Notes under the pieces: generated by a model
The model's input: the letters and a program-made list of their open reading frames with translations, nothing else
What the model was told of the DNA's origin: nothing
The model's database searches: none
Part shown: one piece after another, positions 27,952-37,837 of the stretch
Numbering within the stretch: the stretch's first letter is position 1
Layout of the letters: every line of letters starts with the position of its first letter
NCBI GenBank assembly: GCA_963667845.2
Contig: CAXXVL010000002.1
Coordinates: forward strand, 1,728,001 to 1,792,000
DNA length: 64,000 nt
Direction: 5' to 3'
From: Smithellaceae bacterium
GTDB lineage: Bacteria > Desulfobacterota > Syntrophia > Syntrophales > Smithellaceae
Translations under genes and position numbers: made by a program

Positions 27952-30771
27952 TTGGAGCTCTGGATCGGCGCCGTCAATCTGGGTTTTTTATACGCCTTTA
28001 TGGCGATGGGCGTGTTCATCACGTTTCGCATTCATGATTTTCCCGATATCACCGTGGACGGCAGCTTCGTTACCGGCGCCGCCGTAACGGCCGTTCTGAT
28101 TGTGGCGGGCGTCAACCCCTGGCTCGCCCTGGCGATGTCGTTTCTCGCGGCGTCGGCCGCCGGCGCCGCCACAGCGTTCATTCATACGCGCTTTCAAATC
28201 GCCGGACTGCTGGCCGGCATCATGGTGATGACGGGGCTGTATTCCGTCAACCTTCACATCATGGGCCGATCCAACATTCCTTTGCTCAATGAGCCGGGTC
28301 TCCTCGCGTCCCTCAAGCACATGAATCCCGGCTTGCCTTACGAAGTATGGCTGTGCCTGATTTTCGGGGCGGCGGTCCTTGTATTCTGGCTTCTGATTTC
28401 CCTGTTTTTCCGGACGGATTTCGGCATCTCCATGCGGGCCACTGGCGACAATCCCAACATGGCGGCCGCTTCCGGCATCAATGTCAACGGCATGAAGATT
28501 TTCGGCATTGCGCTGGCGAACGGTCTGGTCGGCCTGTCCGGAAGTCTTGTTGCCCAGTACCAGGGATTTGCCGACATCGGCATGGGCATCGGCTCCATCG
28601 TCTTCGGCCTGGCGGCCGTCATAATCGGTGAGACGATCCTGCCTTTCAAGTCGATCTGGGCCAAGACGCTCTCCGTTATTATCGGATCGATTGTCTTCCG
28701 CTTCATGGTGGCCCTCGCGCTCTATGTTGGATTGAACCCGATTGATTTGAAGCTGATTACGGCCCTCTTCGTGCTGATCATCCTGATCGGGCCGAAAATG
28801 CTTCATCAGCGATACCTTAAGGCCGGCGCGAAGAGGTCACATCTGCCGTCATTTTTTTCCCGAAAGAAACCGCTGATCGTATTCGGTGTGCTGGCCGTTG
28901 TGGCGCTCTCGGCGATTTTTGGCTACGCGCTTTTCAAGAAAGTGTTTCAGGCCCAAACGCGCCACGTGAGTATCGGCGTGCTGCAGCTGACCGACCACGG
29001 CGTCCTCAACATGACGCGGGACGGCTTTATCCGGGAGCTTCGCCAGCTCGGCTATGAAAATGGAAAGAACGTTACCCTTTATCTGGAAAACGCCAACGGC
29101 GATATGGCCACCGTCAATTCGATCCTGGACAAGTTTATTCACGACCACGTGGATGTGATCGTTCCGATTTCCACCGGCTGCACGCAGGCCGCCGTCAACA
29201 AAATCAAAGATAAACCCGTTGTTTTTGCCACGGTTGCGAACCCGTTCCTCATCGGCACGGGAAAATCCGATACGGACCACCTCCCTAATGTCACCGGGGT
29301 TTACGGGGCGGTGCCGATGGACAAGATGATCGAGCTCGCCACTGCGATTCTGCCCGGAAAGATCAAAGTGGGCTGTCTCTGGGATCCATCGCAGGTCAAC
29401 GCTGTGTTCAATGTCAAACAGCTCATGGCCCAGATCGACAAACACCCCGAGATCACCTTTACGGGGACCACCGTCACCGGTTCATCGGAAGTGCAGCAGG
29501 CGGCGCAGGCGCTCACGCAGCAGGACATCAACGCGTTTGTGCTGGTGACGGACAACATTGTTTTTTCCGCTTTGGAGTCTGTCATCAAGGCGGCTGATGC
29601 CCGGAACATTCCGGTAATCCTGAGTGACGTGGAGCGCCTGCAGGACGGGGCGCTGGCCGCCTGCGGCTATGATTACACCCAGAGCGGCGAGCAGGCAGCG
29701 CGCCTGGTGGACCGTATTCTCAAGGGCGAAAGCCCCGCGCGCATTCCGTTTGAGCGGTATCGGAAGCTGACCATCGGCGTCAATCCCGAGGTCGCCAAAA
29801 AACTCGGCATCCAACTGCCGCAGTCTTTGCTGGCCCGAGCCACGCTGGTCACGGGCGCCCCGAAAAAAGACGCGCGGCCCAAGCGCTTGGTGGTCTTCGT
29901 TTTTTCAGACAACTATTCCCTCGAGGTCAGCGTGCAAGGTATTTTGCAGGAATTGAAGCAAAGCGGCGTCCTCGCGAAGCACCACATGACCGTGGATGTG
30001 AGAAACGCCCAGAACGATTACGGGACCGCGCTGGCGATCGTTCAGGACATTGTCCGGCAGGACTATGACTACATCATCACGGTCTCGACGATGGCGCTGC
30101 AGGTCACGGCCGCCGGCAACCAGAAAATCCCGCACATCTTCGGCACGGTCACCGATCCCTACCGGATGGGGGTCGCAAAGAATGCGGCCAAACACATTCC
30201 GAACATCACGGGCGTTGCGACGTTCCAGCCCGTGGAATCGGCCATGCGGGCGATGCGCGCTATTTTCCCGAAGGCGAAACGCGTGGGGCTGGTCTGGAAT
30301 CCCGCGGAGGCGAATTCGGAAGCCTGTACGCTGAAGGCGCGCGCCGCGGCCCGGAAGTATGGTTTTGAACTGGTGGAAAAAAACGTGACCCGGACGGACG
30401 AAGTGAAAGACGCCGCGCTGGCCGTCATCAATTCCGGCGTCGATCTGTTTTTCTCCTCCGGCGACAACACGGTGATCCTGGCTTCGGCGACCGTGGCGCA
30501 GGTCATGAAGGATCATAACATTCCGTATTTTACCAACGATCCGTCCGATCTGGAGCGAGGTTCTTTCTTTTCGATCGGCGCGGATTATTTTCAGGTCGGT
30601 GTGGAAACGGCAAAAATGGCGGCCCGCGTGTTCGACGGGGAGAAGCCGCAGAATATTCCCATCCGGGAATACGTTCCCGAGGCCATCGGTATTTCGCTCA
30701 CGCTGGCCCGGCGGTATGGTGTGACCATTCCGGACGAGTATCTCAAAAAAGCGGTCGCGGTAAAGAGGTAG
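27952..30771 (+). CDS. ABC transporter permease fused to two substrate-binding domains (ABC_sub_bind, aromatic amino acid type)
   Basis: FPDITVDGSF..MRATGDN..GFADIGMGIG permease, then two TGV..W(D/N)P..N..DN(I/T)V domains; TTG start 1 nt after the upstream stop. Confidence 0.88.
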   Translation: MELWIGAVNLGFLYAFMAMGVFITFRIHDFPDITVDGSFVTGAAVTAVLIVAGVNPWLALAMSFLAASAAGAATAFIHTRFQIAGLLAGIMVMTGLYSVNLHIMGRSNIPLLNEPGLLASLKHMNPGLPYEVWLCLIFGAAVLVFWLLISLFFRTDFGISMRATGDNPNMAAASGINVNGMKIFGIALANGLVGLSGSLVAQYQGFADIGMGIGSIVFGLAAVIIGETILPFKSIWAKTLSVIIGSIVFRFMVALALYVGLNPIDLKLITALFVLIILIGPKMLHQRYLKAGAKRSHLPSFFSRKKPLIVFGVLAVVALSAIFGYALFKKVFQAQTRHVSIGVLQLTDHGVLNMTRDGFIRELRQLGYENGKNVTLYLENANGDMATVNSILDKFIHDHVDVIVPISTGCTQAAVNKIKDKPVVFATVANPFLIGTGKSDTDHLPNVTGVYGAVPMDKMIELATAILPGKIKVGCLWDPSQVNAVFNVKQLMAQIDKHPEITFTGTTVTGSSEVQQAAQALTQQDINAFVLVTDNIVFSALESVIKAADARNIPVILSDVERLQDGALAACGYDYTQSGEQAARLVDRILKGESPARIPFERYRKLTIGVNPEVAKKLGIQLPQSLLARATLVTGAPKKDARPKRLVVFVFSDNYSLEVSVQGILQELKQSGVLAKHHMTVDVRNAQNDYGTALAIVQDIVRQDYDYIITVSTMALQVTAAGNQKIPHIFGTVTDPYRMGVAKNAAKHIPNITGVATFQPVESAMRAMRAIFPKAKRVGLVWNPAEANSEACTLKARAAARKYGFELVEKNVTRTDEVKDAALAVINSGVDLFFSSGDNTVILASATVAQVMKDHNIPYFTNDPSDLERGSFFSIGADYFQVGVETAKMAARVFDGEKPQNIPIREYVPEAIGISLTLARRYGVTIPDEYLKKAVAVKR

Positions 30772-30773
30772 CC

Positions 30774-31586
30774 ATGATTCGGTTATGCGACATTCATAAA
30801 AAATTCAATGCCGGAACGCAGAACGAAGTATATGCGCTCCGGGGCATTAACCTCACGATCCGTCCGGGTGAATTTGTCACCATCATCGGCACCAACGGTT
30901 CGGGGAAATCCACGCTGCTCAATTTGCTGGCCGGTTCCATTGCACCCGATGCCGGGAGCGTATTCATCAAGGGCCAAGACGTCACGCGGCAGAAGGATCA
31001 TCAGCGGGCGCGGGTTATTGCGCGGGTGTTCCAGAATCCGTTTATGGGAACCGCTCCGGGCATGACCATTGCGGAGAACCTGCTCATCGCCTCGCTCCGG
31101 GGCCTCACGCATCATCTGCGGATGGGGCTTTCCGCCAAACGGCTTGCCCAGTTCCGCGAACAGGTCGCGGGGCTCGAGATGCAGCTCGAAGACCGCCTGG
31201 ACAACATCATCGGATCCCTTTCCGGCGGACAGCGCCAGGCTGTGAGCCTTTTGATGGCCGTCATCCGCAAACCCGACGTGCTGCTCCTTGATGAACATAC
31301 CGCGGCGCTCGATCCCAAATCGGCCGCGCAGATCATCTCGCTGACGCGGGCCTTTGTGGAGAGAGAAAACCTGACCACCTTCATGGTGACCCACAGCATG
31401 CAGCAGGCCCTGGACCTGGGGCACCGGACCCTGATGATGCACAAGGGGCAGATCATCGACGATATCCCCGAAGCGGAAAGAAAGCGGCTCACCGTGGATG
31501 ATCTTCTGGACAAGTTCGGCGAGCTGCGCAAGGCGGAAAAACTGACCGATGAAATCGTGGAACAGCTCCGGAAAGAATACCTGTAG
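30774..31586 (+). CDS. ABC transporter ATP-binding protein
   Basis: GTNGSGKS, LSGGQRQ and LLLDEHTAALDP motifs. Confidence 0.95.
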   Translation: MIRLCDIHKKFNAGTQNEVYALRGINLTIRPGEFVTIIGTNGSGKSTLLNLLAGSIAPDAGSVFIKGQDVTRQKDHQRARVIARVFQNPFMGTAPGMTIAENLLIASLRGLTHHLRMGLSAKRLAQFREQVAGLEMQLEDRLDNIIGSLSGGQRQAVSLLMAVIRKPDVLLLDEHTAALDPKSAAQIISLTRAFVERENLTTFMVTHSMQQALDLGHRTLMMHKGQIIDDIPEAERKRLTVDDLLDKFGELRKAEKLTDEIVEQLRKEYL

Positions 31587-31764
31587 ACGCTTATTTTCCC
31601 CCCGACAAAAATATTTGACTCCCGCAGGCTATATGATATAGCAGCCGTCAACCCGAAACAGAAGAAATGAACCCGTGAAGTAATGCCTTCAAGAAAAGGC
31701 ATTACTTTATCGGGAAAATATTTCCGGAAGGTTCGGATATTTTCTATGGCGGAGAGAAAAGAGT

Positions 31765-33279
31765 ATGACAACACCCATTCAGCAAAAAATCAGAGACAAG
31801 AAGCGGACGGCAAAACAGATAGCTGATATGGTCCAATCGGGCGACTGGATCAATCACGGAGCGGTCGGCGGCGACTCCACGGTCTGTACCGAGGCGGTAG
31901 CCTCGCGGCTGGGCCCCGGCCCGGGCGATCTCAAAGATATCGAGTTTTGGCTTCACGGCAATTTCTATCCGCATCCGGAATTGCAGCAGATCGATCCGTG
32001 CCAGCAGTACCACTGTGTCCACGAACATTTCTTTTTCCCGTGGAACCGCAAGGCCCGCGAGGAGAACGGCGTAACGAGCTGGACGCCCTGGGGCTGGGCG
32101 GGCGGCGTCTGGGCGCACCACTACCGGTTTGCCCATGAAGACAGGCTCAAACGCGGCATCGACTGGTGGTTCAATGCAGCCACAGCGCCGGACAATCACG
32201 GCTATTTCAACATGTCCTATGGAACCAACAGCAGCAACGTTTTTAAACAGACAGCGAAAAAAATTGTGTTTGAAGTGCGCGCCGACTACCCCTGGGCGGA
32301 AGGCGGCCGGTTTAACACGATTCACATCGACGACATCGATTACTGGGTCGAGGTGGACTGCGAAAAATACAAATGGCCGCAGATGAATGAAAAAGCCATC
32401 GTCCCGACACCTACGGAGCAGGAAATCGCCCGGCACATTATGACGATCATGCGCGACCGCGACGTCGTGCAGCTCGGGATCGGTTCGCTGCCGTCGGCAT
32501 GCGTCGCCGCCTTGGCGGATGCGGGGTTCAAGGATCTCGGCATCCATACCGAAATGCTCAATTACGGCCTTATCAAAATGATCGAATCGGGGCAGGTGAC
32601 GAATGCCTATAAGAATCTGGATCACGGCAAAAGCGTCTGGACATTCGCCTTCCCGGTGGATGTGAAGTGGTATTACGAAACGATTCACCGCAACCAGGCC
32701 ATGGCCGTCTACGATATCGACTACACCAATAACCTCGATATCCTGCGCCGCATCGACAATATGGTCGCGATCAACAATACCGTGTCGGTCGACCTCCTGG
32801 GGCAGATGTCCTGTTCGTTCTATGACAGGCGGCCGATTTCCGGCACGGGCGGATTCTTCCAATTTGTCATTTTCGCCGCGCAGTCGCGGGGCGGCCGCTC
32901 AGTCGCCGCCATGACGTCGCGCAGCAAGCATAACACGCCGCGCATCGTACCTTTCCTGCCGCAGGGGACAGTGGTGGACGTACCCGCGCAATTTGCCCAG
33001 TATGTCTGCACGGAATACGGCATCGTGAATTTACGGGGCTTAAACGGCTACGAACGCGCTTCGGCGCTGATTTCGATTGCGCATCCGGAGGACCGGCCGT
33101 GGCTCGAAAAGGAAGCCCGCGAAAACGGACTCATTGCGCCGAAATTTCCCGTCAACTTCCATCCGGAGGAAGGCGGCAACCGGCGCTACCCATCCTACGA
33201 AGAGCGGCGGCATTACAAGATGCCCATGGGCAGCGCGCTGTGGGGATATGATTGGGATCCCTTCCAGTCGGGCAAATAA
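31765..33279 (+). CDS. Acetyl-CoA hydrolase/4-hydroxybutyrate CoA-transferase family protein
   Basis: QLGIGSLP, GIHTEM, ISGTGG..F, TEYG and IAHP motifs. Confidence 0.9.
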   Translation: MTTPIQQKIRDKKRTAKQIADMVQSGDWINHGAVGGDSTVCTEAVASRLGPGPGDLKDIEFWLHGNFYPHPELQQIDPCQQYHCVHEHFFFPWNRKAREENGVTSWTPWGWAGGVWAHHYRFAHEDRLKRGIDWWFNAATAPDNHGYFNMSYGTNSSNVFKQTAKKIVFEVRADYPWAEGGRFNTIHIDDIDYWVEVDCEKYKWPQMNEKAIVPTPTEQEIARHIMTIMRDRDVVQLGIGSLPSACVAALADAGFKDLGIHTEMLNYGLIKMIESGQVTNAYKNLDHGKSVWTFAFPVDVKWYYETIHRNQAMAVYDIDYTNNLDILRRIDNMVAINNTVSVDLLGQMSCSFYDRRPISGTGGFFQFVIFAAQSRGGRSVAAMTSRSKHNTPRIVPFLPQGTVVDVPAQFAQYVCTEYGIVNLRGLNGYERASALISIAHPEDRPWLEKEARENGLIAPKFPVNFHPEEGGNRRYPSYEERRHYKMPMGSALWGYDWDPFQSGK

Positions 33280-33626
33280 AATGATCTTTTATAACCACAG
33301 CGCAGGGCCGCCCCGGCAAATTCCCCACTCCCTTCTTGGATAACTGCCGGGCGGCGTCAGACGAATCATGCGCCCCGGGTTATACAAGTTCACTGCGAGT
33401 TTATTGGCATGTAAATCCTATCTCCGGTCATCCGCCGCCGGAAACAAGAATGACAATATCTTCATTTTCAGGGGCGTCGGACAGGGCGCTGACCCCCTCC
33501 AAAAATACTTGTTTCACTGCTTGCAAACCGTTTTTTAAAGGCTTATAAAAGAGCCTAAAGTTACCTTGAGAAACAGTAATCCATAGTCTTATTTCAGTAT
33601 ATTTTAAAATCAGGAGGGTAAAAATC

Positions 33627-34388
33627 ATGGGCGCTACTTTCAATTTTTCAGGAAAAACGGCAATTGTGACCGGCGCGGGCCGGGGAATCGGCAAAGCGAT
33701 TGCACTGGGGCTTGCCGCAGCCGGAGCCAACGTTGCGATATGCAGCCGGAACCAGGCTGAGCTCGACGCCGTTGCGGATGAGATCCGCGCCAAGGGCGCG
33801 AAGGCGCTCGCGGTCGTCACCGATCTGACGGTTCATGCTGATCTCGAAAATCTGGTCAATACGACAATGAAGGAATTCGGCCGGATCGACATTCTCGTCA
33901 ACAATGCCGCCCGCAGTTTTCTGCGCGGTCTTCTCGATCTGCGCGAGGACGGCTGGGACAAGTGTTTCAACACCAACGTCAAAGCCGTGTGGCTCTTGAG
34001 CCGCCTGGTCGCCCGTCCGATGATCGAACAGAAAGGCGGAAGGATCATTAACATTACCACGGTCGGCGCGGACAAAGCCGAAGCTGGCATGGCCGCCTAT
34101 GGCTGCAGCAAGGCAGCGCTCAAGCACCTGACCCGCTGCATGGCGAAGGAATGGGCGCAACTGGGAATTAATGTCAATGCCGTTGCACCCGGATTTACCC
34201 GCACGGAGTTCAGCAAGCCCATCTGGTCCAATCCCGAAGTGGAACAGCTGATCTGCAAAATGATACCCAAAGGGAAAATCGGTGAACCGGAGGATGTGGT
34301 CGGCGCGGTGATGTTTCTGGCGTCCGATTTCGCAAACTATATCACGGGCGATACGATCTATGTGGACGGTGGCGCTATGACGTCGTAG
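33627..34388 (+). CDS. SDR family oxidoreductase
   Basis: TGAGRGIG, NNA and YGCSK motifs. Confidence 0.95.
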   Translation: MGATFNFSGKTAIVTGAGRGIGKAIALGLAAAGANVAICSRNQAELDAVADEIRAKGAKALAVVTDLTVHADLENLVNTTMKEFGRIDILVNNAARSFLRGLLDLREDGWDKCFNTNVKAVWLLSRLVARPMIEQKGGRIINITTVGADKAEAGMAAYGCSKAALKHLTRCMAKEWAQLGINVNAVAPGFTRTEFSKPIWSNPEVEQLICKMIPKGKIGEPEDVVGAVMFLASDFANYITGDTIYVDGGAMTS

Positions 34389-34415
34389 TGCACCGTATCA
34401 GCGTTAGCTTTGTCA

Positions 34416-34521
34416 TGTCATTTCGAGCGCAGTGAGAAATCCATGTCCTGAGCCTAGGCGAAGTATCTATGAAAGATATCTCCCTTCGGTCTTGCCCCCA
34501 GCTATGGGGGTCGATATGATA
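34416..34521. repeat. REP-like nested palindromic element, copy 2
   Basis: TGTCATTTCGA..GAGAAATC..GATATCTC..TCGATATGATA, related to 1882-1996. Confidence 0.6.
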
Positions 34522-34622
34522 AAGCATCATGAAACGCTGCACGAACAGACGGGGAGTCGCACCGATCGCCGGGTTATCGCGGCGGTCGCAAATTTTTATA
34601 ATCAAGACAGGGAGAGGGACGG

Positions 34623-36605
34623 ATGAACCAGAAGGGGATTGTCAGTCCGGTCATCGCGGATATCCGCGCGGGCATGAAGCGGGGGAAAATTGTATCCGTT
34701 GACGACGCGATCCGTGTGATCCGGGACGGCGATACGGTATGTCTCGACGGATTTATCGGCGGCGTTGCGCCGGAGGAATTGATGATCAGCCTGGAGAGGC
34801 GGTTTCTGGAAACGGGCGAGCCGAAAAATCTCACACTGGTTTATGCGTCCGGCATCGGCGACAGCAAGGATCGGGGCGCCAACCGTCTGGCGCACGAAGG
34901 CCTGATCAAGCGCGTGATTGCCGGCCACTGGGGGCTCGTTCCCAAGCTGCAGCGCCTGGCGCTGGAAAATAAAATTGAAGCCTACAATTTTCCCCAGGGC
35001 GTCATCACGCACATTCTGCGCGACAGCGCCGGGCATGCGCCGCGAACCATCACCCATGTGGGCCTGGGCACCTTCGTCGATCCGCGCATTCAAGGCGGCA
35101 AGGTCAACGCCATCACAACGGAAGACCTGGTGGAACTGATCACCTTCGACGGCCGGGAATATCTGGCCTACAAGACGCTGCCCGTCCAGGTTGCACTCTT
35201 ACGCGGGACGACGGCGGATATGGACGGCAATATTACCATGGAAAGGGAAGCGCTCACGATGGATGCCCTGCCGGTCGCCATGGCGGCGAAAAATTCCGGC
35301 GGCTTTGTGATCGTGCAGGTGGAGCGGATTGCCGAAAGAGGAGCGCTGAACGCCCGCCACGTGAAAATTCCCGGCATGCTGGTCGACTGCGTCGTCGTCT
35401 CCAAACCGGAGAATCACTGGCAGACGTACGGCAGTTATTACAATCCGGCTTACAGCTGCGAATTCAAGGTGCCGACGGCAAGCATTGAGCCTCTGGCGCT
35501 GGATGAACGAAAGATCATCGCCAGGCGCGTTGCCTTTGAACTTCAACCGAACATGGTCGTTAACCTGGGCATCGGCATGCCCGAGGGTGTGGCCAATGTC
35601 GCCAACGAGGAAGGCATTTTCGATTTTCTGACGCTTACGGCGGAAGCCGGCACCATCGGCGGCATTCCCTCAGGCGGCCTGGACTTCGGCACCGCCACCA
35701 ATATGGATTGCCTGGTGGACATGCATTTCCAGTTTGATTTCTATGACGGCGGGGGCTTGGACCTGGCCTGCCTGGGCCTAGCCCAGATGGATTCACACGG
35801 CAATGTCAATGTCAGCAAGTTCGGTCCCAAACTGGCCGGCTGCGGCGGTTTTATCGACATCAGCCAGACCGCCAAAAAGATTGTTTTCGCCGGGACATTC
35901 ATGGCGGGCTCAGCCGAACTGGCCGTGGACGACGGTAAACTGAAAATTGTGAAAGAGGGCGCCTTCAAGAAACTGGTGAAAGACGTGGAGCAGATCACGT
36001 TCAGCGGCCCCACGGCGCAGGCGGGGAATCAGCAGATTTATTACATCACCGAGCGGTGCGTCTTTGCCCTGACGAAGGAGGGCGTTGAACTCGTCGAGAT
36101 AGCCCCCGGCCTCGATCTGGAGAAGGACATCCTGGCGCGGATGGACTTTAAACCGATTGTCCGGAATCCGCGGGTGATGGACGAACGTATTTTCAAGCCG
36201 GCGCCGATGGGACTCAAAGACGATCTGCTCAGTGTTCCGATTCATGACCGCATCACCTACGATCAGGAGTCCAATATTTTTTACGTCAACTTCGAGGGAT
36301 TGGCCGTTAAGACGAGGAGCGATATCGAGGCGATCCGCGAGCGTGTGACCGAGGTCTGCGCGCCGCTGGGATCGCGGGTCAAGACGATCGTGAACTACGA
36401 CAATTTTTCGATCGCTCCGGAGCTGGAAGACGAGTATATCAAAATGGTCAAGTTCGTTGTGTCCAAGTATTACAGCGACGTGACGCGTTATACGACGAGC
36501 GCATTTTTGCGCATGAAGCTGGGCGATGAGCTGAAAAGACGGCATCTGGCTCCCCACATTTTTCAGACCAAAGAAGAAGCCAGGCTGGCACTGGAGAAAA
36601 AATAA
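34623..36605 (+). CDS. Propionate/acyl-CoA:acetate CoA-transferase (YdiF/Pct type) with C-terminal extension
   Basis: GHWGL, GLGTFVDPR, NLGIGMPE, EAG, GCGGFIDI and ITERCVF motifs. Confidence 0.92.
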   Translation: MNQKGIVSPVIADIRAGMKRGKIVSVDDAIRVIRDGDTVCLDGFIGGVAPEELMISLERRFLETGEPKNLTLVYASGIGDSKDRGANRLAHEGLIKRVIAGHWGLVPKLQRLALENKIEAYNFPQGVITHILRDSAGHAPRTITHVGLGTFVDPRIQGGKVNAITTEDLVELITFDGREYLAYKTLPVQVALLRGTTADMDGNITMEREALTMDALPVAMAAKNSGGFVIVQVERIAERGALNARHVKIPGMLVDCVVVSKPENHWQTYGSYYNPAYSCEFKVPTASIEPLALDERKIIARRVAFELQPNMVVNLGIGMPEGVANVANEEGIFDFLTLTAEAGTIGGIPSGGLDFGTATNMDCLVDMHFQFDFYDGGGLDLACLGLAQMDSHGNVNVSKFGPKLAGCGGFIDISQTAKKIVFAGTFMAGSAELAVDDGKLKIVKEGAFKKLVKDVEQITFSGPTAQAGNQQIYYITERCVFALTKEGVELVEIAPGLDLEKDILARMDFKPIVRNPRVMDERIFKPAPMGLKDDLLSVPIHDRITYDQESNIFYVNFEGLAVKTRSDIEAIRERVTEVCAPLGSRVKTIVNYDNFSIAPELEDEYIKMVKFVVSKYYSDVTRYTTSAFLRMKLGDELKRRHLAPHIFQTKEEARLALEKK

Positions 36606-36630
36606 GGTTCACCATCCTGCGGGCGGCACG

Positions 36631-36728
36631 AGGAACAAGGAACAAGGAACAAGGAACAAGGAACAAGGTTCAAGGGGCAAGGTTCAAGGGACAAGGAACA
36701 AAGGACAAAGGACAAAGGACAAAGGACT
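36631..36728 (+). repeat. Heptamer tandem repeat, 14 units (AGGAACA/AGGTTCA/AAGGACA)
   Basis: Counted directly in the intergenic sequence. Confidence 0.9.
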
Positions 36729-36903
36729 AGAAGTCAGTTTCCTGAATATCACATGAGGCCCAAGCGAACGGCTCGGGCTCCGAAATTCGTATTGAAAATA
36801 TTTGGCCAAACGGGTAGAAGTGAACCCGGCCGCATCTGCAAAACTGCCTGCAAACTGCCCGAGGACAGTTTCCAAATAACCTTAAGAAAGAAGAGAAGAA
36901 ATT

Positions 36904-37614
36904 ATGCCGATTGAAATCAAGATGGAAGGCCAGGTGGCCGTTGTGACGCTGAATGAGGGAGAGAATCGTTTAAATCTGGATTTCCTGGGGAAGTTTCTTA
37001 ACGCCCTGGATGAGGTTGAAAAGAAGAGCGAGGCCAATGTGCTGGTTGTGCGCGGCGCGCATGATAAGATCTTCAGCAACGGCATTGATCTGGAATGGCT
37101 GATGCCGATCATGCAGAAAAACGACACGGCCACGGCCAAGAAATTCATTGAAACGATGATGACGCTTTTCCGGAGGATTGCCCTGTATCCGATGCCCACG
37201 ATTGTCGCGATGACCGGGCATGCCTTTGCCGGCGGTGCGATCTTGTGCTGCTACTTTGATTTTCGCTTTATGCGGTCGGACCGGGGCTTCATGTGCTTTC
37301 CGGAAGTCGACCTGGGTATTCCGTTCCTGCCGGGCATGATGACGGCAATGAAGAAGGCCATTCCGCGTTACAAACTCGATGAAATGGTCCTCACCGGAAG
37401 ACGCATCACCGCGCAGGAGCTGGAGGAGCATCACGTGATTACCAAGGCCTGCCACATTGACCAGTTGATGGATGAAGTCATGAATTTTGCCAAACTGCAA
37501 AATAAGAGACGTCCGGTTGTAGACCTCATCAAAGCGGAGATGAACAAGGATATCATTTACGCGATCGATCACGACGACAAACCGATTATTGAATCGGGTC
37601 GTTTTTACGTGTGA
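36904..37614 (+). CDS. Enoyl-CoA hydratase/isomerase family protein
   Basis: FSNGIDL, GHAFAGG and PEVDLG crotonase motifs. Confidence 0.92.
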   Translation: MPIEIKMEGQVAVVTLNEGENRLNLDFLGKFLNALDEVEKKSEANVLVVRGAHDKIFSNGIDLEWLMPIMQKNDTATAKKFIETMMTLFRRIALYPMPTIVAMTGHAFAGGAILCCYFDFRFMRSDRGFMCFPEVDLGIPFLPGMMTAMKKAIPRYKLDEMVLTGRRITAQELEEHHVITKACHIDQLMDEVMNFAKLQNKRRPVVDLIKAEMNKDIIYAIDHDDKPIIESGRFYV

Positions 37615-37621
37615 TGAATCC

Positions 37622-37679
37622 TAATCCCGCTTAAGCGGGGCGAGCGTTAATTCCCTATCGCTTGCTGCGTGGCGGTTGA
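37622..37679 (+). repeat. Dispersed intergenic repeat family, short copy B
   Basis: TAATCCCGCTTAAGCGGGGCGAGCGTTAATT..GCTTGCTGCGTGGCGGTTGA. Confidence 0.8.
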
Positions 37680-37730
37680 ATATCGCCAGGCAGCGGCATC
37701 AGGAAACAATCTCCGGGCTGCCGATAGAAT

Positions 37731-37772
37731 AACGGCTCCATCCCTCATGCGAGAGATGGAGCCGTTTTTTTT
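37731..37772 (+). terminator. Rho-independent terminator
   Basis: AACGGCTCCATC..GATGGAGCCGTT followed by a T-run. Confidence 0.8.
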
Positions 37773-37837
37773 GAAGCGTTTCGTTTAAGTGTTCCATTAC
37801 CGGCAAACGCCCGCGAAGGGCTGCGCCGTCCGTTCAC

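Noticed and set aside
36631..36728. Tandem repeat as a CRISPR array
   Set aside because: The units are 7 bp with no spacers, and there are no cas genes in the window.
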